This document shows, piece after piece, positions 1 to 10,160 of a stretch of DNA of 64,000 nt; the stretch's first letter is position 1; the number at the start of each line of letters is the position of its first letter. This DNA comes from Prochlorococcus sp. AG-402-M15 (GTDB lineage Bacteria > Cyanobacteriota > Cyanobacteriia > PCC-6307 > Cyanobiaceae): contig QCIP01000001.1 of the NCBI GenBank assembly GCA_003216615.1, forward strand, positions 113,455 through 177,454, given 5' to 3'. A program made the translations under genes and the position numbers. The notes beneath the pieces were generated by a model. That model ran no database searches. It saw nothing but the letters and a program-made list of their open reading frames with translations, and was not told where the DNA came from.

Positions 1-1
1 T

Positions 2-1165
2 GGTACCGCATTAAATAAGTATCAAATTTCTCAACTATGTAGATGTACAGATAATAAAAATATTATTTTGAATTTTGATTCTGATACTGCAGGACTATCA
101 GCTACAAAAAGAGTAATAAGAGAAGTCGAAAGCTTATCTCTCCATGATCAAATTAACCTTAAGATACTTCAACTTAATGATTTTAAAGATCCTGACGAAT
201 TTTTGAATAGTCATACCCCGGAAGATTATTTTAATTTAATTGATAATTCATCCTTTTGGATTGATTGGGAGATTGATCAGATTTTTAAGGATAAAGATTT
301 ATCTAAGTCTGAAAATTTCCAGAGTGTTATTTCTTTATTGGTAAAATTGTTGAGTAAATTACCTCAATCATCAACCAGAACCCATTACTTACAAAAGGTT
401 TCCGAGCGACTTAGTAAGGGCCAGGCAAGATTAGCGATACAGTTTGAACAAGATTTACGAAATCAAGTTAAGGGATTTCGTTGGCACGGTAGATCCAAAA
501 AATTTGAACAACCAAATGAAATTTCTCGGCGTGAGAAAAATGAATCTGAAATAATTTTTTATTATTTGCATTGTCCTGATCTCAGGCTTTTTATTCGCAA
601 CGAATTTCTCAAAAGAGAAATTAATGGTTTTAATACTGAATATATTCAAAATTTATGGCAAATTATTTCAAAAATTGAACAAAATAATTTAGGTTTAAAT
701 TATTTAAATGAATTAAAACAATCAAATAGTCAAATTCTTCTAAAAGACTTTTCTGCCATTAACCTAATTTCACTTCTACCTGACTACCTAACTCTTCATA
801 ATCCTGATTCATCAAATAAAATTAATAATTTTATTAATCCAAATGAATTGTTTTTAACATTGCTGAGTAATCCTAAAGATAATTTACTTGGAACTTTATC
901 ACTTCTTGAGAAATATAATTCCTTAAAAAGATGTAGACACTTGATCGAATCTTGGGGATCTCAAAGATTAAAAACTTTAGAAAATTGTATATCTATCTTG
1001 ATTGATAATTCATCTTCAGATTTATCAGAAACTAATAAAGAGATAGATGATCTTTTTAAGGATTTAAACTCAGATGCTATTAAATTTCAGGAATTATATT
1101 ATTTAGAAAGACAACATATAAATTTTTTAGATAAACAACGCTGTGGTAATTTTATTGTTAGTTAA
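2..1165 (+). CDS. dnaG: DNA primase DnaG, C-terminal part (5' end lies outside the window)
   Basis: The frame is open from nt 2. The translated left edge (GTALNKYQISQLCRCTDNKNIILNFDSDTAG) looks like the end of a TOPRIM domain, followed by a divergent C-terminal helical region. The listed TTG at 68 is therefore internal. Confidence 0.8.
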   Translation, partial: GTALNKYQISQLCRCTDNKNIILNFDSDTAGLSATKRVIREVESLSLHDQINLKILQLNDFKDPDEFLNSHTPEDYFNLIDNSSFWIDWEIDQIFKDKDLSKSENFQSVISLLVKLLSKLPQSSTRTHYLQKVSERLSKGQARLAIQFEQDLRNQVKGFRWHGRSKKFEQPNEISRREKNESEIIFYYLHCPDLRLFIRNEFLKREINGFNTEYIQNLWQIISKIEQNNLGLNYLNELKQSNSQILLKDFSAINLISLLPDYLTLHNPDSSNKINNFINPNELFLTLLSNPKDNLLGTLSLLEKYNSLKRCRHLIESWGSQRLKTLENCISILIDNSSSDLSETNKEIDDLFKDLNSDAIKFQELYYLERQHINFLDKQRCGNFIVS

Positions 1166-1181
1166 CATGTTTTATTTAAAT

Positions 1182-1649
1182 TTATAGGCAGTATTTTTTA
1201 ATCATATTTTTTACCTTTTTAGGCTTGTCTTCAAGAATATAAGCTTCTACTTCTTTTTCATAAGTTCCAGAAAAATTGGAAGTAGAGAACTCTAATGATT
1301 TCCTCTTACTTTGATGTAATTTATTTTCTAAATTTTTTATATCCCCTACTATCTTATTGTTGTTACATTTTTGTATAGCATGAGTAGCTTCATGTCTTAA
1401 TGCTTTTCTTATTGCCAATTCTGTTTTGAAGTTATCTTTTTTTGGTAGCTTTCTTCCATTTCTATAATTTGTTTTCCTTTTTGCATTTTCAGTACATATT
1501 ATTATTTTATTTTCTACAAAATTATGTAGTCCTTTTATTTCTTTATTTAAGAGACATTCAATTTTATTCTCTTCAACTATGTAGTTTGCTTTTATTAATA
1601 AGTCAAGAATCTCTTTATCTAATTTGCTTAAAAATATAATAAATTCCAT
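1182..1649 (-). CDS. Hypothetical 155-aa protein with a single HExxH motif (ALRHEATHAIQK), immediately downstream of umuC
   Basis: ATG-initiated ORF, 9 nt after the umuC stop on the same strand. One HEATH motif is followed by Q. I could assign no other family. Confidence 0.55.
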   Translation of the reverse strand: MEFIIFLSKLDKEILDLLIKANYIVEENKIECLLNKEIKGLHNFVENKIIICTENAKRKTNYRNGRKLPKKDNFKTELAIRKALRHEATHAIQKCNNNKIVGDIKNLENKLHQSKRKSLEFSTSNFSGTYEKEVEAYILEDKPKKVKNMIKKYCL

Positions 1650-1658
1650 TTTTATTGT

Positions 1659-2945
1659 TTATATTACTATATTTGGGATCTTGTCTATATCAGTTGTAGA
1701 TGAGCGACTTAAGAAATTCTTATTCATCTTCCAACTTTTTGGCGTTTTTGTAATAGCCCATGTAATTGCATTGTTATTAAATCTTTTATTTAATAAATCA
1801 ATAGTTCTCATTAGATTGGCTGATTTTTTTAGGTCTTTCTGAGATTTGTAATTGATAACTGATTGCTGTAAATATTCGCTATTAGTTAAATCCTGCATTA
1901 AAACACCAGCTTTTGAAAATTTATATTCGGGATTATAAATTTCTTTAGATAATTCAACTACTATTTTTAAAATGCTGTTTGTGTCGTCTGTTGCATTTGT
2001 AAGTTTTCTGTGAGCACTTCTTTGATAATTTTGACTTGAATATTTACTGGTTCTGGCAAATACTCTAATATCAGATGATTGCAAATTCTGACTTCTCATT
2101 TTTTCAGATGCTTTTATTGCGTGAGTGGCCAGTGCTTGAGTTAAGTCTTCTAATTTTGTGACAGGAGTACCGAAACTCCTGCTTACCTGAATTTCTTTTT
2201 TTGATTTCTTGTTTTTTTCTATAGGCAGACATTTATAACCTTTCAGTTCTAATTGCAATCTTTTTCCTACTATGCCTAGTTTCTTAATGATTTCATTTTC
2301 TTCCATATCTTTTAATTCTCTCGCATTTTTAATACCTTTACTTTGCAACCAATTAGAGGTTTGTTTTCCGACTCCCCATATCTTATCTACACTAATTTTT
2401 TTTAAATAATTATTCTCATTTCTGGTTCTAGCTAAATCAAATATTCCAGCTGAATAATCAATATTTTTAGCTAATTTATTAGCAATTTTTGCTCTTACTT
2501 TATTTTCACCTATTCCTACTGTTATTGTAATCCCTAGATTCTGATATATTAATGATCTTATGTTTCTTGCCCAAGGATATAGATTTTTATCATTAGGTCT
2601 AGAAATTGAGACAAATGCTTCATCAATAGAATAAATTTCTATATTTTCACAGTGGTTTTTTAGTAAATTCATTAGTCTTCTGCTCATATCGCCGTAAAGC
2701 GAATAGTTTGAGCTTAAGACCGCTACATCTAATTTATTTAATCTTTCTTTCACCTTAAAATACGGAGTCCCCATTTTAATTTTTAAAACTCGCGCTTCAG
2801 GACTTCTCGCAATGATACATCCGTCATTATTAGATAAAATTACTACTGGTTTATTTCTCAAGTGAGGATTAATATTTTGTTCACATGAAGCGTAAAAATT
2901 ATTAGCATCTATAAGAGCTATCGCATCAATACTTGAAATCCTCAT
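1659..2945 (-). CDS. umuC: Y-family translesion DNA polymerase V catalytic subunit UmuC
   Basis: The N-terminus IALIDANNFYASCEQ and the SIDEAF motif are typical of the UmuC/DinB family. Length is 428 aa. The start overlaps the umuD stop by 4 nt. Confidence 0.9.
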   Translation of the reverse strand: MRISSIDAIALIDANNFYASCEQNINPHLRNKPVVILSNNDGCIIARSPEARVLKIKMGTPYFKVKERLNKLDVAVLSSNYSLYGDMSRRLMNLLKNHCENIEIYSIDEAFVSISRPNDKNLYPWARNIRSLIYQNLGITITVGIGENKVRAKIANKLAKNIDYSAGIFDLARTRNENNYLKKISVDKIWGVGKQTSNWLQSKGIKNARELKDMEENEIIKKLGIVGKRLQLELKGYKCLPIEKNKKSKKEIQVSRSFGTPVTKLEDLTQALATHAIKASEKMRSQNLQSSDIRVFARTSKYSSQNYQRSAHRKLTNATDDTNSILKIVVELSKEIYNPEYKFSKAGVLMQDLTNSEYLQQSVINYKSQKDLKKSANLMRTIDLLNKRFNNNAITWAITKTPKSWKMNKNFLSRSSTTDIDKIPNIVI

Positions 2946-3358
2946 AAATAGCTATGTATTGAATAAATAACAACACCCCATATTTGTACATCAATATGGT
3001 TTTTAAATCTAAAATCAGGGTAATTATGATTTTCTGCTTTTAAATATAATTCATTATTTTTTATAGATAATCTTTTTATTGTAAATTCCCCGTCTATCAT
3101 TGCAATGACAATATTCCCTGGCCTGGCTGTTAAACTCTTATCTACTATTATTAAATCTTTATCTTTAATTCCTGCGTTTATCATTGAGTCGCCTTTAATT
3201 CTAAGAAAAAAAGTGCTAAACGGATTAGATATTAAATGTTCGTTTAAATCAATATTTTCTTCTGTATAGTCATCTGCAGGAGAAGGAAATCCTGCTGACA
3301 CCGAATTAGCTAATAAGGGGATTTTAAACTTTTTAGTTGCTGAATCAGAGGAATCCAA
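2942..3358 (-). CDS. umuD: UmuD, LexA-like S24 self-cleaving peptidase
   Basis: SAGFPSPADDY (A-G cleavage site context), GDSM (nucleophile Ser) and IKRL (Lys) motifs are present. The only in-frame start is TTG at 3358, because a stop lies two codons upstream. Confidence 0.85.
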   Translation of the reverse strand: MDSSDSATKKFKIPLLANSVSAGFPSPADDYTEENIDLNEHLISNPFSTFFLRIKGDSMINAGIKDKDLIIVDKSLTARPGNIVIAMIDGEFTIKRLSIKNNELYLKAENHNYPDFRFKNHIDVQIWGVVIYSIHSYL

Positions 3359-3370
3359 AACTTAAATTAA

Positions 3371-3386
3371 TAGTATATATGTACTA
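3371..3386. promoter_or_regulatory. Candidate LexA (SOS) box TAGTATATATGTACTA upstream of umuD
   Basis: Near-palindrome matching 13 of 14 positions of the cyanobacterial LexA consensus RGTACNNNDGTWCB. It lies 13 nt upstream of the umuD TTG start and overlaps a TATATA -10-like hexamer that follows TTGAAT with a 17-nt spacer on the minus strand. Confidence 0.55.
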
Positions 3387-3458
3387 TATAATAGAAATTC
3401 AAAAATTAATTAGTTGTTAAACTTTTATAAATTAATTTTAGATTAAATTTAATCTTTT

Positions 3459-3875
3459 TTAAGAACGATGGTAAGGGGAGTTGTTAGATATAGAAATAGC
3501 TCTATAGATTTGCTCGATAAGGATTAATCTAGCTAATTCATGAGGAAAAGTTAAGGAAGAGAGACTGAGTATAAGATCTGATTTTTCTTTTATCTCAGAA
3601 CTAATTCCATCAGTATCACCGATTAAGAAATTAACTTTTTTATTTTTAAAATTTAAGAGTAAAGAAGATAGCTCAAGTGAATTAAACTGCTTCCCTTCTT
3701 CACTTAGGCTGATAATAATATTGTTATTAGATTTAAGGTTATGTATATTAAAAGTCTTTAACTCATTGATGATAAGTTCAGGAATTCTTTTTTTGTATTG
3801 ATTAATTCCATCTCTAATCCAAAGTTTCTTTATTTTGCCGATAGCATAAATTTTTAATCTATTATTCTTAAGCAT
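3459..3875 (-). CDS. rlmH: 23S rRNA (pseudouridine1915-N3)-methyltransferase RlmH (SPOUT family)
   Basis: 138 aa. The C-terminal motif [18 protein letters not shown] is typical of RlmH/YbeA. Confidence 0.85.
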   Translation of the reverse strand: MLKNNRLKIYAIGKIKKLWIRDGINQYKKRIPELIINELKTFNIHNLKSNNNIIISLSEEGKQFNSLELSSLLLNFKNKKVNFLIGDTDGISSEIKEKSDLILSLSSLTFPHELARLILIEQIYRAISISNNSPYHRS

Positions 3876-3894
3876 AAGTAAATATTAAAACTAA

Positions 3895-4227
3895 TTATTC
3901 ATCAAGAAGATAATTAAATTCATCATATAGTTCCTCTTCGGTTGTTAATTTCTTAGAAAAATTAGCATTTCTAGAATTCATATTAATTTGATTAAGCTCA
4001 TTTTTTCTTAGTGAATTAATAACGTTAGAAGTCTCTTCTAAAGATTCTGAATTATCAATTAACGAATAAAAAATATTATTGGGGTGTTCTGAATTAAGTG
4101 GATTGGTGATTAAATTATGATTGTTGGGTAAATTTGTGGAATTACTTATATTTTTACTTTCGTTATTTAAATTTCTATTTTTTTTAAATTTATTGAGTTT
4201 ATCTAAATTTTTTTTTGATAAGCTCAT
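3895..4227 (-). CDS. Hypothetical Asn/Ser-rich low-complexity protein with an acidic C-terminus
   Basis: ATG-initiated 110-aa ORF that fills the gap between rlmH and rsmA. No recognisable motif. Confidence 0.45.
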   Translation of the reverse strand: MSLSKKNLDKLNKFKKNRNLNNESKNISNSTNLPNNHNLITNPLNSEHPNNIFYSLIDNSESLEETSNVINSLRKNELNQINMNSRNANFSKKLTTEEELYDEFNYLLDE

Positions 4228-4283
4228 GATATAAAGTATTAAATAAATTCATATTTAATTTAAACATATTATTTATCTTTTAG

Positions 4284-5108
4284 ATGAATTTTAAAAACTA
4301 TCATCAAAAAAAAAGATTTGGACAACACTGGTTGGTAAATAAAAAAATATTAGAAAAAATTAAAGAAATTGCTGTTCTCAATGAAAATGACTTTATTTTA
4401 GAAATTGGTCCAGGTAAAGGAGCTTTAACATCTAAGTTATTAGATTCAGAAATTAAAAAATTACATGCGATCGAATTAGATAAAGATTTAATAAATTTAT
4501 TAAAGGATAAATTCAATAATAATGATAAGTTTTCACTTCAACAGGGAGATATTCTTTCTGTAAATTTAGATTCGATTAATAAGAAGATTACAAAAGTGAT
4601 TGCAAATATTCCTTACAATATAACTGGCCCAATATTGGATATTTGCATAGGGCGATTGGGCATTATAAGAAACTATAATTATGAAAAAATAATTTTTTTA
4701 ATGCAGAAAGACGTGGTAGATAGGATTTTGTCAAAAGAAGGAAGTCCCAATGCTGGTGCACTTAGTATAAGAATGCAACTCTTATCAAAAATAAAAAAAA
4801 TTTGCGATGTACCCCCTTCATCATTTAGTCCGCCTCCAAAAGTTTTTTCTTCTTTAGTAGTTTTCGAACCAATTAAAAATGATTTAAGATTAGACATTAG
4901 TCTAGAAAAATATATAGATAAACTTCTTCGAATTTCATTTAATTCAAGAAGAAAAATGCTTAGAAATTCTCTTAATTCAATACTTTCAAATGAAGAGATA
5001 AATGAATTATCTAAATCTTCAAAAGTTTCTTTTGATTTAAGACCACAAGATATTTCAATTGAGCAATGGATTAAGCTTGCAGAAAATTGTATTAAAATTA
5101 AAAAATAA
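4284..5108 (+). CDS. rsmA: 16S rRNA (adenine1518/1519-N6)-dimethyltransferase RsmA/KsgA
   Basis: KRFGQHWL, the [13 protein letters not shown] motif and the NIPYNIT motif are present. Confidence 0.92.
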   Translation: MNFKNYHQKKRFGQHWLVNKKILEKIKEIAVLNENDFILEIGPGKGALTSKLLDSEIKKLHAIELDKDLINLLKDKFNNNDKFSLQQGDILSVNLDSINKKITKVIANIPYNITGPILDICIGRLGIIRNYNYEKIIFLMQKDVVDRILSKEGSPNAGALSIRMQLLSKIKKICDVPPSSFSPPPKVFSSLVVFEPIKNDLRLDISLEKYIDKLLRISFNSRRKMLRNSLNSILSNEEINELSKSSKVSFDLRPQDISIEQWIKLAENCIKIKK

Positions 5109-5120
5109 AAATTTAAGTAT

Positions 5121-6056
5121 ATGCAAGATTTGCCTAAAACGAAAATTATTATAAAATCTCCTGCCAAAATAAATTTGCACCTTGAAGTTATTGGGAAAAG
5201 AAAGGATGGATTCCATGAGTTAGCAATGATTATGCAAAATATTGATCTTTCTGATTATTTAGAATTTCAAATTAATAATGAAGGTTTAATTAAACTTGAA
5301 TCTGATTGTAATGATTTAAGCCTATCTAGTGATAACTTAATTGTTAAATCGGCAAATCTATTAAGGAAAAAATCAAACATAGATTCTGGAGCGAATATAT
5401 TTTTAAGAAAAAATATTCCAATTGGTGCAGGATTAGCTGGTGGATCCAGTAATGCAGCAGCAACATTAATTGGTCTAAATAAGTTATGGGATTTGAACTT
5501 AGATCAAGAAACATTATGTTCATTAGCATCAACTTTAGGATCTGATATTCCCTTTTTTATAAATGGTGGTATTCAATTATGTTTTGGAAGAGGCGAAATT
5601 TTGGAGAAATTAGATTCAAACTTTGAATATGGAGTAATTCTTTTAAAAAATCCTAATGTATCAGTTTCTACTGCTGAAACTTATAAAAAATATAGTAATA
5701 GATTTTTTGATCAATATCTTACTAATAGAGAATTGATTGAGAACATAAGAAAAAATTTAAGAGATAATGGTTTAAATAACTTAAATTTTGATAACCAACA
5801 TTTAACAATAAAAAATGATTTGCAATTAGTTGTTGAAAATGACAATGATTCTGTAAAGCAGGCATTATATTTATTTTCTAAATTAGATAATTGTCTTTCA
5901 TTTTCAATGAGTGGATCAGGCCCTACATGCTTTGCTCTTTTTAAAGATCTAGAGACTGCTAAAAAAGAATTAACTTCAAATTATAAATTATTTAAAGAAA
6001 AAGGTTACGATTCATGGGTTTGCACTTTCCTTGAAAAGGGAATAACATTTGTTTAA
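5121..6056 (+). CDS. ispE: 4-diphosphocytidyl-2-C-methyl-D-erythritol kinase
   Basis: PAKINLHL and the GHMP kinase motif IPIGAGLAGGSSNAAA are present. Confidence 0.92.
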   Translation: MQDLPKTKIIIKSPAKINLHLEVIGKRKDGFHELAMIMQNIDLSDYLEFQINNEGLIKLESDCNDLSLSSDNLIVKSANLLRKKSNIDSGANIFLRKNIPIGAGLAGGSSNAAATLIGLNKLWDLNLDQETLCSLASTLGSDIPFFINGGIQLCFGRGEILEKLDSNFEYGVILLKNPNVSVSTAETYKKYSNRFFDQYLTNRELIENIRKNLRDNGLNNLNFDNQHLTIKNDLQLVVENDNDSVKQALYLFSKLDNCLSFSMSGSGPTCFALFKDLETAKKELTSNYKLFKEKGYDSWVCTFLEKGITFV

Positions 6057-6079
6057 ATTTTTTTATACAAAAATTTATT

Positions 6080-6382
6080 GTGGCTGATAATAGTAATGCA
6101 GATATTGAAAAAAATATTCCCGAAAAAGGACCATTAAATTTTATTGTAGGATCATTAACCAGTTTTTTATTATTTATATTTTTTTATTTTTTAAGTAATA
6201 AAATTGCAATTTATTTTGCAATACATAAACCATCTAATTCTTCTGAAATAGTCCAAAATATTTCTTCTAGTATTAATACCTTAATAATTGGATTATCTTT
6301 TTTGCTAACTTTTTCTTTTGCTTTTATAGGTATAGGACTTTTTATTGTATTTATTCGCAGTTTTTTTCTGAAGAAAAGTTGA
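6080..6382 (+). CDS. Small cyanobacterial membrane protein (DUF3082-like by recollection)
   Basis: GTG start. Two clear hydrophobic spans. The family name comes from memory only. Confidence 0.5.
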   Translation: MADNSNADIEKNIPEKGPLNFIVGSLTSFLLFIFFYFLSNKIAIYFAIHKPSNSSEIVQNISSSINTLIIGLSFLLTFSFAFIGIGLFIVFIRSFFLKKS

Positions 6383-6561
6383 ATTACTAATATTATTAAG
6401 AAAACATTTTCTTTGAATGTCTTTACATGACCTAGGACTTTTAATACTTTTGCTCTCACCAGGAATGATTTTGTCAATATTACTACTCATAACCTTTGCT
6501 GAAGGAGGATAAATTAATAAAGGTGGTAGGATTGTATATGTGATTAATTAGGTAATTAATT

Positions 6562-7545
6562 GTGGCTGGTACATTATTATTTAATGCTTTGAAAGAGGCA
6601 ATTGATGAAGAAATGGCAAATGATGTAAATGTTTGCGTTATGGGGGAAGATGTCGGACAATATGGAGGATCTTATAAGGTAACTAAGGATTTATATGAAA
6701 AATATGGAGAGTTAAGAGTCTTAGATACCCCAATTGCAGAAAATAGTTTTACGGGTATGGCTGTGGGTGCAGCAATGACTGGTTTAAGACCAATAGTAGA
6801 AGGAATGAATATGGGTTTTTTGCTTTTAGCTTTTAATCAGATATCAAATAATATGGGTATGCTTAGATATACAAGCGGAGGAAATTATAAAATACCAGCA
6901 GTGGTTCGAGGACCTGGAGGAGTTGGTCGTCAACTTGGTGCTGAACACAGTCAAAGACTTGAAGCATATTTCCATGCAGTTCCTGGTATAAAGATTGTTG
7001 CATGTAGTACACCTACAAATGCTAAAGGTTTAATGAAAGCAGCTATAAGAGATGATAATCCTGTTCTATTTTTCGAACATGTTCTTCTATACAACTTGTC
7101 CGAAGAATTACCTGAGGGAGATTATACTTGCGCTTTAGATCAGGCTGATGTTGTAAAGGAAGGTAAAGATATTACTTTATTGACTTATTCAAGAATGAGA
7201 CATCACTGCTTTAAAGCTGTTGAAGAATTAGAAAAAAAAGGAATAGATGTTGAGTTAATCGATTTAATAAGTTTAAAACCATTTGATATGGAAACTATCT
7301 CAAAATCAATAAGAAAAACAAATAAAGTAATTATTGTTGAAGAATGTATGAAGACTGGAGGTATTGGTGCAGAATTAATTGCCTTGATAACAGAAGAGTG
7401 TTTCGATGATCTTGATGCCCGACCAATTAGATTATCTAGTCAGGATATTCCAACTCCGTATAATGGAAATCTTGAGAATTTGACAATAATCCAACCACAT
7501 CAAATAGTTGAAAATGTTGAAGACTTAATTAGTGGGAGTATATAG
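6562..7545 (+). CDS. pdhB: Pyruvate dehydrogenase E1 component, beta subunit
   Basis: [23 protein letters not shown] and the transketolase-like pyrimidine-binding and C-terminal domains are present. GTG start. Confidence 0.93.
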   Translation: MAGTLLFNALKEAIDEEMANDVNVCVMGEDVGQYGGSYKVTKDLYEKYGELRVLDTPIAENSFTGMAVGAAMTGLRPIVEGMNMGFLLLAFNQISNNMGMLRYTSGGNYKIPAVVRGPGGVGRQLGAEHSQRLEAYFHAVPGIKIVACSTPTNAKGLMKAAIRDDNPVLFFEHVLLYNLSEELPEGDYTCALDQADVVKEGKDITLLTYSRMRHHCFKAVEELEKKGIDVELIDLISLKPFDMETISKSIRKTNKVIIVEECMKTGGIGAELIALITEECFDDLDARPIRLSSQDIPTPYNGNLENLTIIQPHQIVENVEDLISGSI

Positions 7546-7548
7546 GAT

Positions 7549-9018
7549 ATGAAAAGAAGGCAAGGCTGGCTTTTTTTTATTATATTTCTACTTACGTTAT
7601 CTGTTTATCTATTAATAAATAATCCCTTACAGTTGGGATTGGATTTACAAGGAGGTTCTCAACTTACACTACAAATTATTAAAGAGGAAGGGAAGGTATC
7701 AAAGGATGAACTTGATGCAGTTAATTCGGTTATAGATAGACGCGTTAACAACTTAGGTGTTTCAGAGTCTAACCTGCAAACCCTAGGTGGAGATCAATTG
7801 ATTTTAGAATTACCTGGAGAACAAAATCCATTAGTTGCTTCAAGAGTTTTAGGTAAGACTGCTTTATTGGAATTTAGGACCCAAAAAGAAGGAACATCTA
7901 CAGATTTAAAAAACTTTCAACTTCAGAGATTGAATATTAAAGAATTAATTGATCAATATTCCTCTTCAGAAAAAAGTCAATATGATGATAATTTCTTAAA
8001 GATTATTCAAGATGATCTTAAAGAGATAGAGCAAGAATTAAATTATTCATCTACTAGTAGTGATTTATATGGGAAGTTAATTGAAATTAAAAAGTATGTT
8101 GATAAAGAAATTACAAATTTATTTATTAAAACTGATTTATCTGGTAAGGATCTTATTAACGCAGGAAGGAGACAAGAACAAACAAATAGTAATTGGGAAG
8201 TTTTATTAACTTTTAGTAATTCAGGAGGAGAAAAGTTTGCAGAAATTACAAAGTCAATTGCTGGCACTAATCAACTATTGGCTATCATTCTTGACGGTGA
8301 ATCAATAAGTGAAGCCAGTGTTGGTAGTCAGTTTGTTAATACTGGGATTACAGGTGGATCAGCAATAATAAGCGGTAATTTTAGTGCTGAAAATGCTAAA
8401 GAATTAGAAGTTCAACTTAAAGGAGGTTCATTGCCATTGCCAATTGAAATAGTGGAAACTAATACTATAGGGGCTCTGTTGGGATCCACAAATATTTTAA
8501 AAAGTCTTTATGCAGCTATTAGTGGATTAATTTTTGTTGGTATATTTATGATTTTTAATTATAGAATTCTAGGTTTTGTTTCAGTTCTTTCTCTAGTACT
8601 TTATGGTTTCTTTAACTTAGCCTTATATTCCTTAATTCCTGTAACTTTGACTTTACCTGGAATATCTGGGCTTATACTTAGCATTGGCATGGCTGTTGAT
8701 GCAAATATTCTAATATTTGAGAGAATTAGAGAAGAATTATATGATGGTAATACTCTTACAAGATCTATTGACAGCGGTTTTCAAAGAGCTAATTCATCCA
8801 TAGTTGATGGCCATATAACAACTCTTCTAAGTTGTTTTGTATTGTTTTTATTAGGAACAAATTTTGTAAAAGGTTTTGCGGCAACATTAGGTATTGGAGT
8901 CTTAATAAGCTTGTTTACCTCATTAAATTGTTCTAAAACTATTTTGCGATTTTTTACAACATATCAATATTTAAGACAAATAAATCTCTATCTACCCAGG
9001 AATAATTTTTCAAATTAA
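7549..9018 (+). CDS. secD: Protein translocase subunit SecD
   Basis: LGLDLQGG motif, a large periplasmic loop, and C-terminal transmembrane helices with GMAVDANILIFERIREE. Confidence 0.92.
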   Translation: MKRRQGWLFFIIFLLTLSVYLLINNPLQLGLDLQGGSQLTLQIIKEEGKVSKDELDAVNSVIDRRVNNLGVSESNLQTLGGDQLILELPGEQNPLVASRVLGKTALLEFRTQKEGTSTDLKNFQLQRLNIKELIDQYSSSEKSQYDDNFLKIIQDDLKEIEQELNYSSTSSDLYGKLIEIKKYVDKEITNLFIKTDLSGKDLINAGRRQEQTNSNWEVLLTFSNSGGEKFAEITKSIAGTNQLLAIILDGESISEASVGSQFVNTGITGGSAIISGNFSAENAKELEVQLKGGSLPLPIEIVETNTIGALLGSTNILKSLYAAISGLIFVGIFMIFNYRILGFVSVLSLVLYGFFNLALYSLIPVTLTLPGISGLILSIGMAVDANILIFERIREELYDGNTLTRSIDSGFQRANSSIVDGHITTLLSCFVLFLLGTNFVKGFAATLGIGVLISLFTSLNCSKTILRFFTTYQYLRQINLYLPRNNFSN

Positions 9019-9040
9019 ATTTTTTATTTCCAACTTTCCC

Positions 9041-9961
9041 ATGAAATACAATCTTGAACTAATAAATAATAAAAGAAAGATAATTGGTTTTTCAGCTGTT
9101 CTTATTTTGTTGTGTCTTTTAGGAATTTTATATTCTAATTTTAATACTTCTTATAAAAAACCTATAAATTTAGGGATGGATTTTGTTGGGGGAAATGAAC
9201 TAAGAATAGAGAGAGTTTGTGAAGAGGAATGTTCTAATTTTTCCCCTGATTTAGTTTTAGAAAATTTAAGAGAGATCTCTAAAAATAAGAACGTTTTAAA
9301 TAATATTAAAATACAATTCCAAAATAATAATAAATTAATTTCAATAAGAACAGCTTATTTGAGTATCGAAGAATCAAATAATCTTATTACTAATCTTGAT
9401 AATATTATTGGACCTCTAAATTATGAGAGTAAGGATTCAAGATTAATAGGTCCAAAGCTTGGGAAAAGATTACTTACTAATTGCGTTACTTCATTGTTAG
9501 TTTCTTTATTTGCAATATCTTTATATATAACTATTAGATTTGATAAAAAATATGCATTATTTGCATTATTAGCTTTATTCCATGATTTATTAATTGTTTT
9601 CGGTATATTCTCCTGGTTGGGAGTTATATTATCTGTCGAAGTAAATAGTTTATTTGCTGTTTCCTTGTTAACTATTGCTGGTTATTCTGTAAATGATACT
9701 GTTGTTATTTTTGATAGAATTCGTGAGAATTTAAAATCAAAGAAAGTAGGCTATAACGAAACTATTCAATTATCAGTAAACGAATCATTTAGGAGAACAA
9801 CTTTTACCAGTATTACAACCCTTATCCCTTTATTAAGCATAATTTTGTTTGGATCTTATTCACTATTTTGGTTTTCTTTATCATTATCATTAGGAATTTT
9901 AGTTGGAAGTTATTCAAGTATTTTATTGGCTCCATCTTTGTTGCTTAAAGACCAAGCTTAA
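9041..9961 (+). CDS. secF: Protein translocase subunit SecF
   Basis: GMDFVGG and AGYSVNDTVVIFDRIREN motifs. Adjacent to secD. Confidence 0.92.
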   Translation: MKYNLELINNKRKIIGFSAVLILLCLLGILYSNFNTSYKKPINLGMDFVGGNELRIERVCEEECSNFSPDLVLENLREISKNKNVLNNIKIQFQNNNKLISIRTAYLSIEESNNLITNLDNIIGPLNYESKDSRLIGPKLGKRLLTNCVTSLLVSLFAISLYITIRFDKKYALFALLALFHDLLIVFGIFSWLGVILSVEVNSLFAVSLLTIAGYSVNDTVVIFDRIRENLKSKKVGYNETIQLSVNESFRRTTFTSITTLIPLLSIILFGSYSLFWFSLSLSLGILVGSYSSILLAPSLLLKDQA

Positions 9962-9973
9962 GCTTCTAATTTT

Positions 9974-10156
9974 ATGAAATTGAATTACTATTTAATACTT
10001 TTATTTTCTTTGGTTTTAATTGATATTTCTACTGAATTAAGAATATTGTTTGATCATTTTACTTTTAATTCACTATATTTTGCTATCAGCAAACACCCCT
10101 TAGCTTTCTTTATACTTTTTTCATATCCATATTTATATAAAAAATTAATTAAGTAG
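9974..10156 (+). CDS. Possible small membrane protein (60 aa)
   Basis: ATG-initiated ORF 12 nt after secF on the same strand, with a hydrophobic N-terminus. No family could be assigned. Confidence 0.35.
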   Translation: MKLNYYLILLFSLVLIDISTELRILFDHFTFNSLYFAISKHPLAFFILFSYPYLYKKLIK

Positions 10157-10160
10157 TTTT

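Noticed and set aside
4679-5167. A 162-aa minus-strand ORF antisense to rsmA, and a similar small ORF at 4304-4516.
   Set aside because: These are shadow ORFs inside a well-supported gene. They are low-complexity hydrophobic translations with no independent signal.
6305-6490. A 61-aa minus-strand ORF (MSSNIDKIIPGESK...) that starts in the pdhB upstream spacer.
   Set aside because: Its 3' half overlaps the end of the upstream membrane-protein gene. It has a lysine-rich low-complexity tail and no recognisable motif. I kept it only as a note under the spacer finding.
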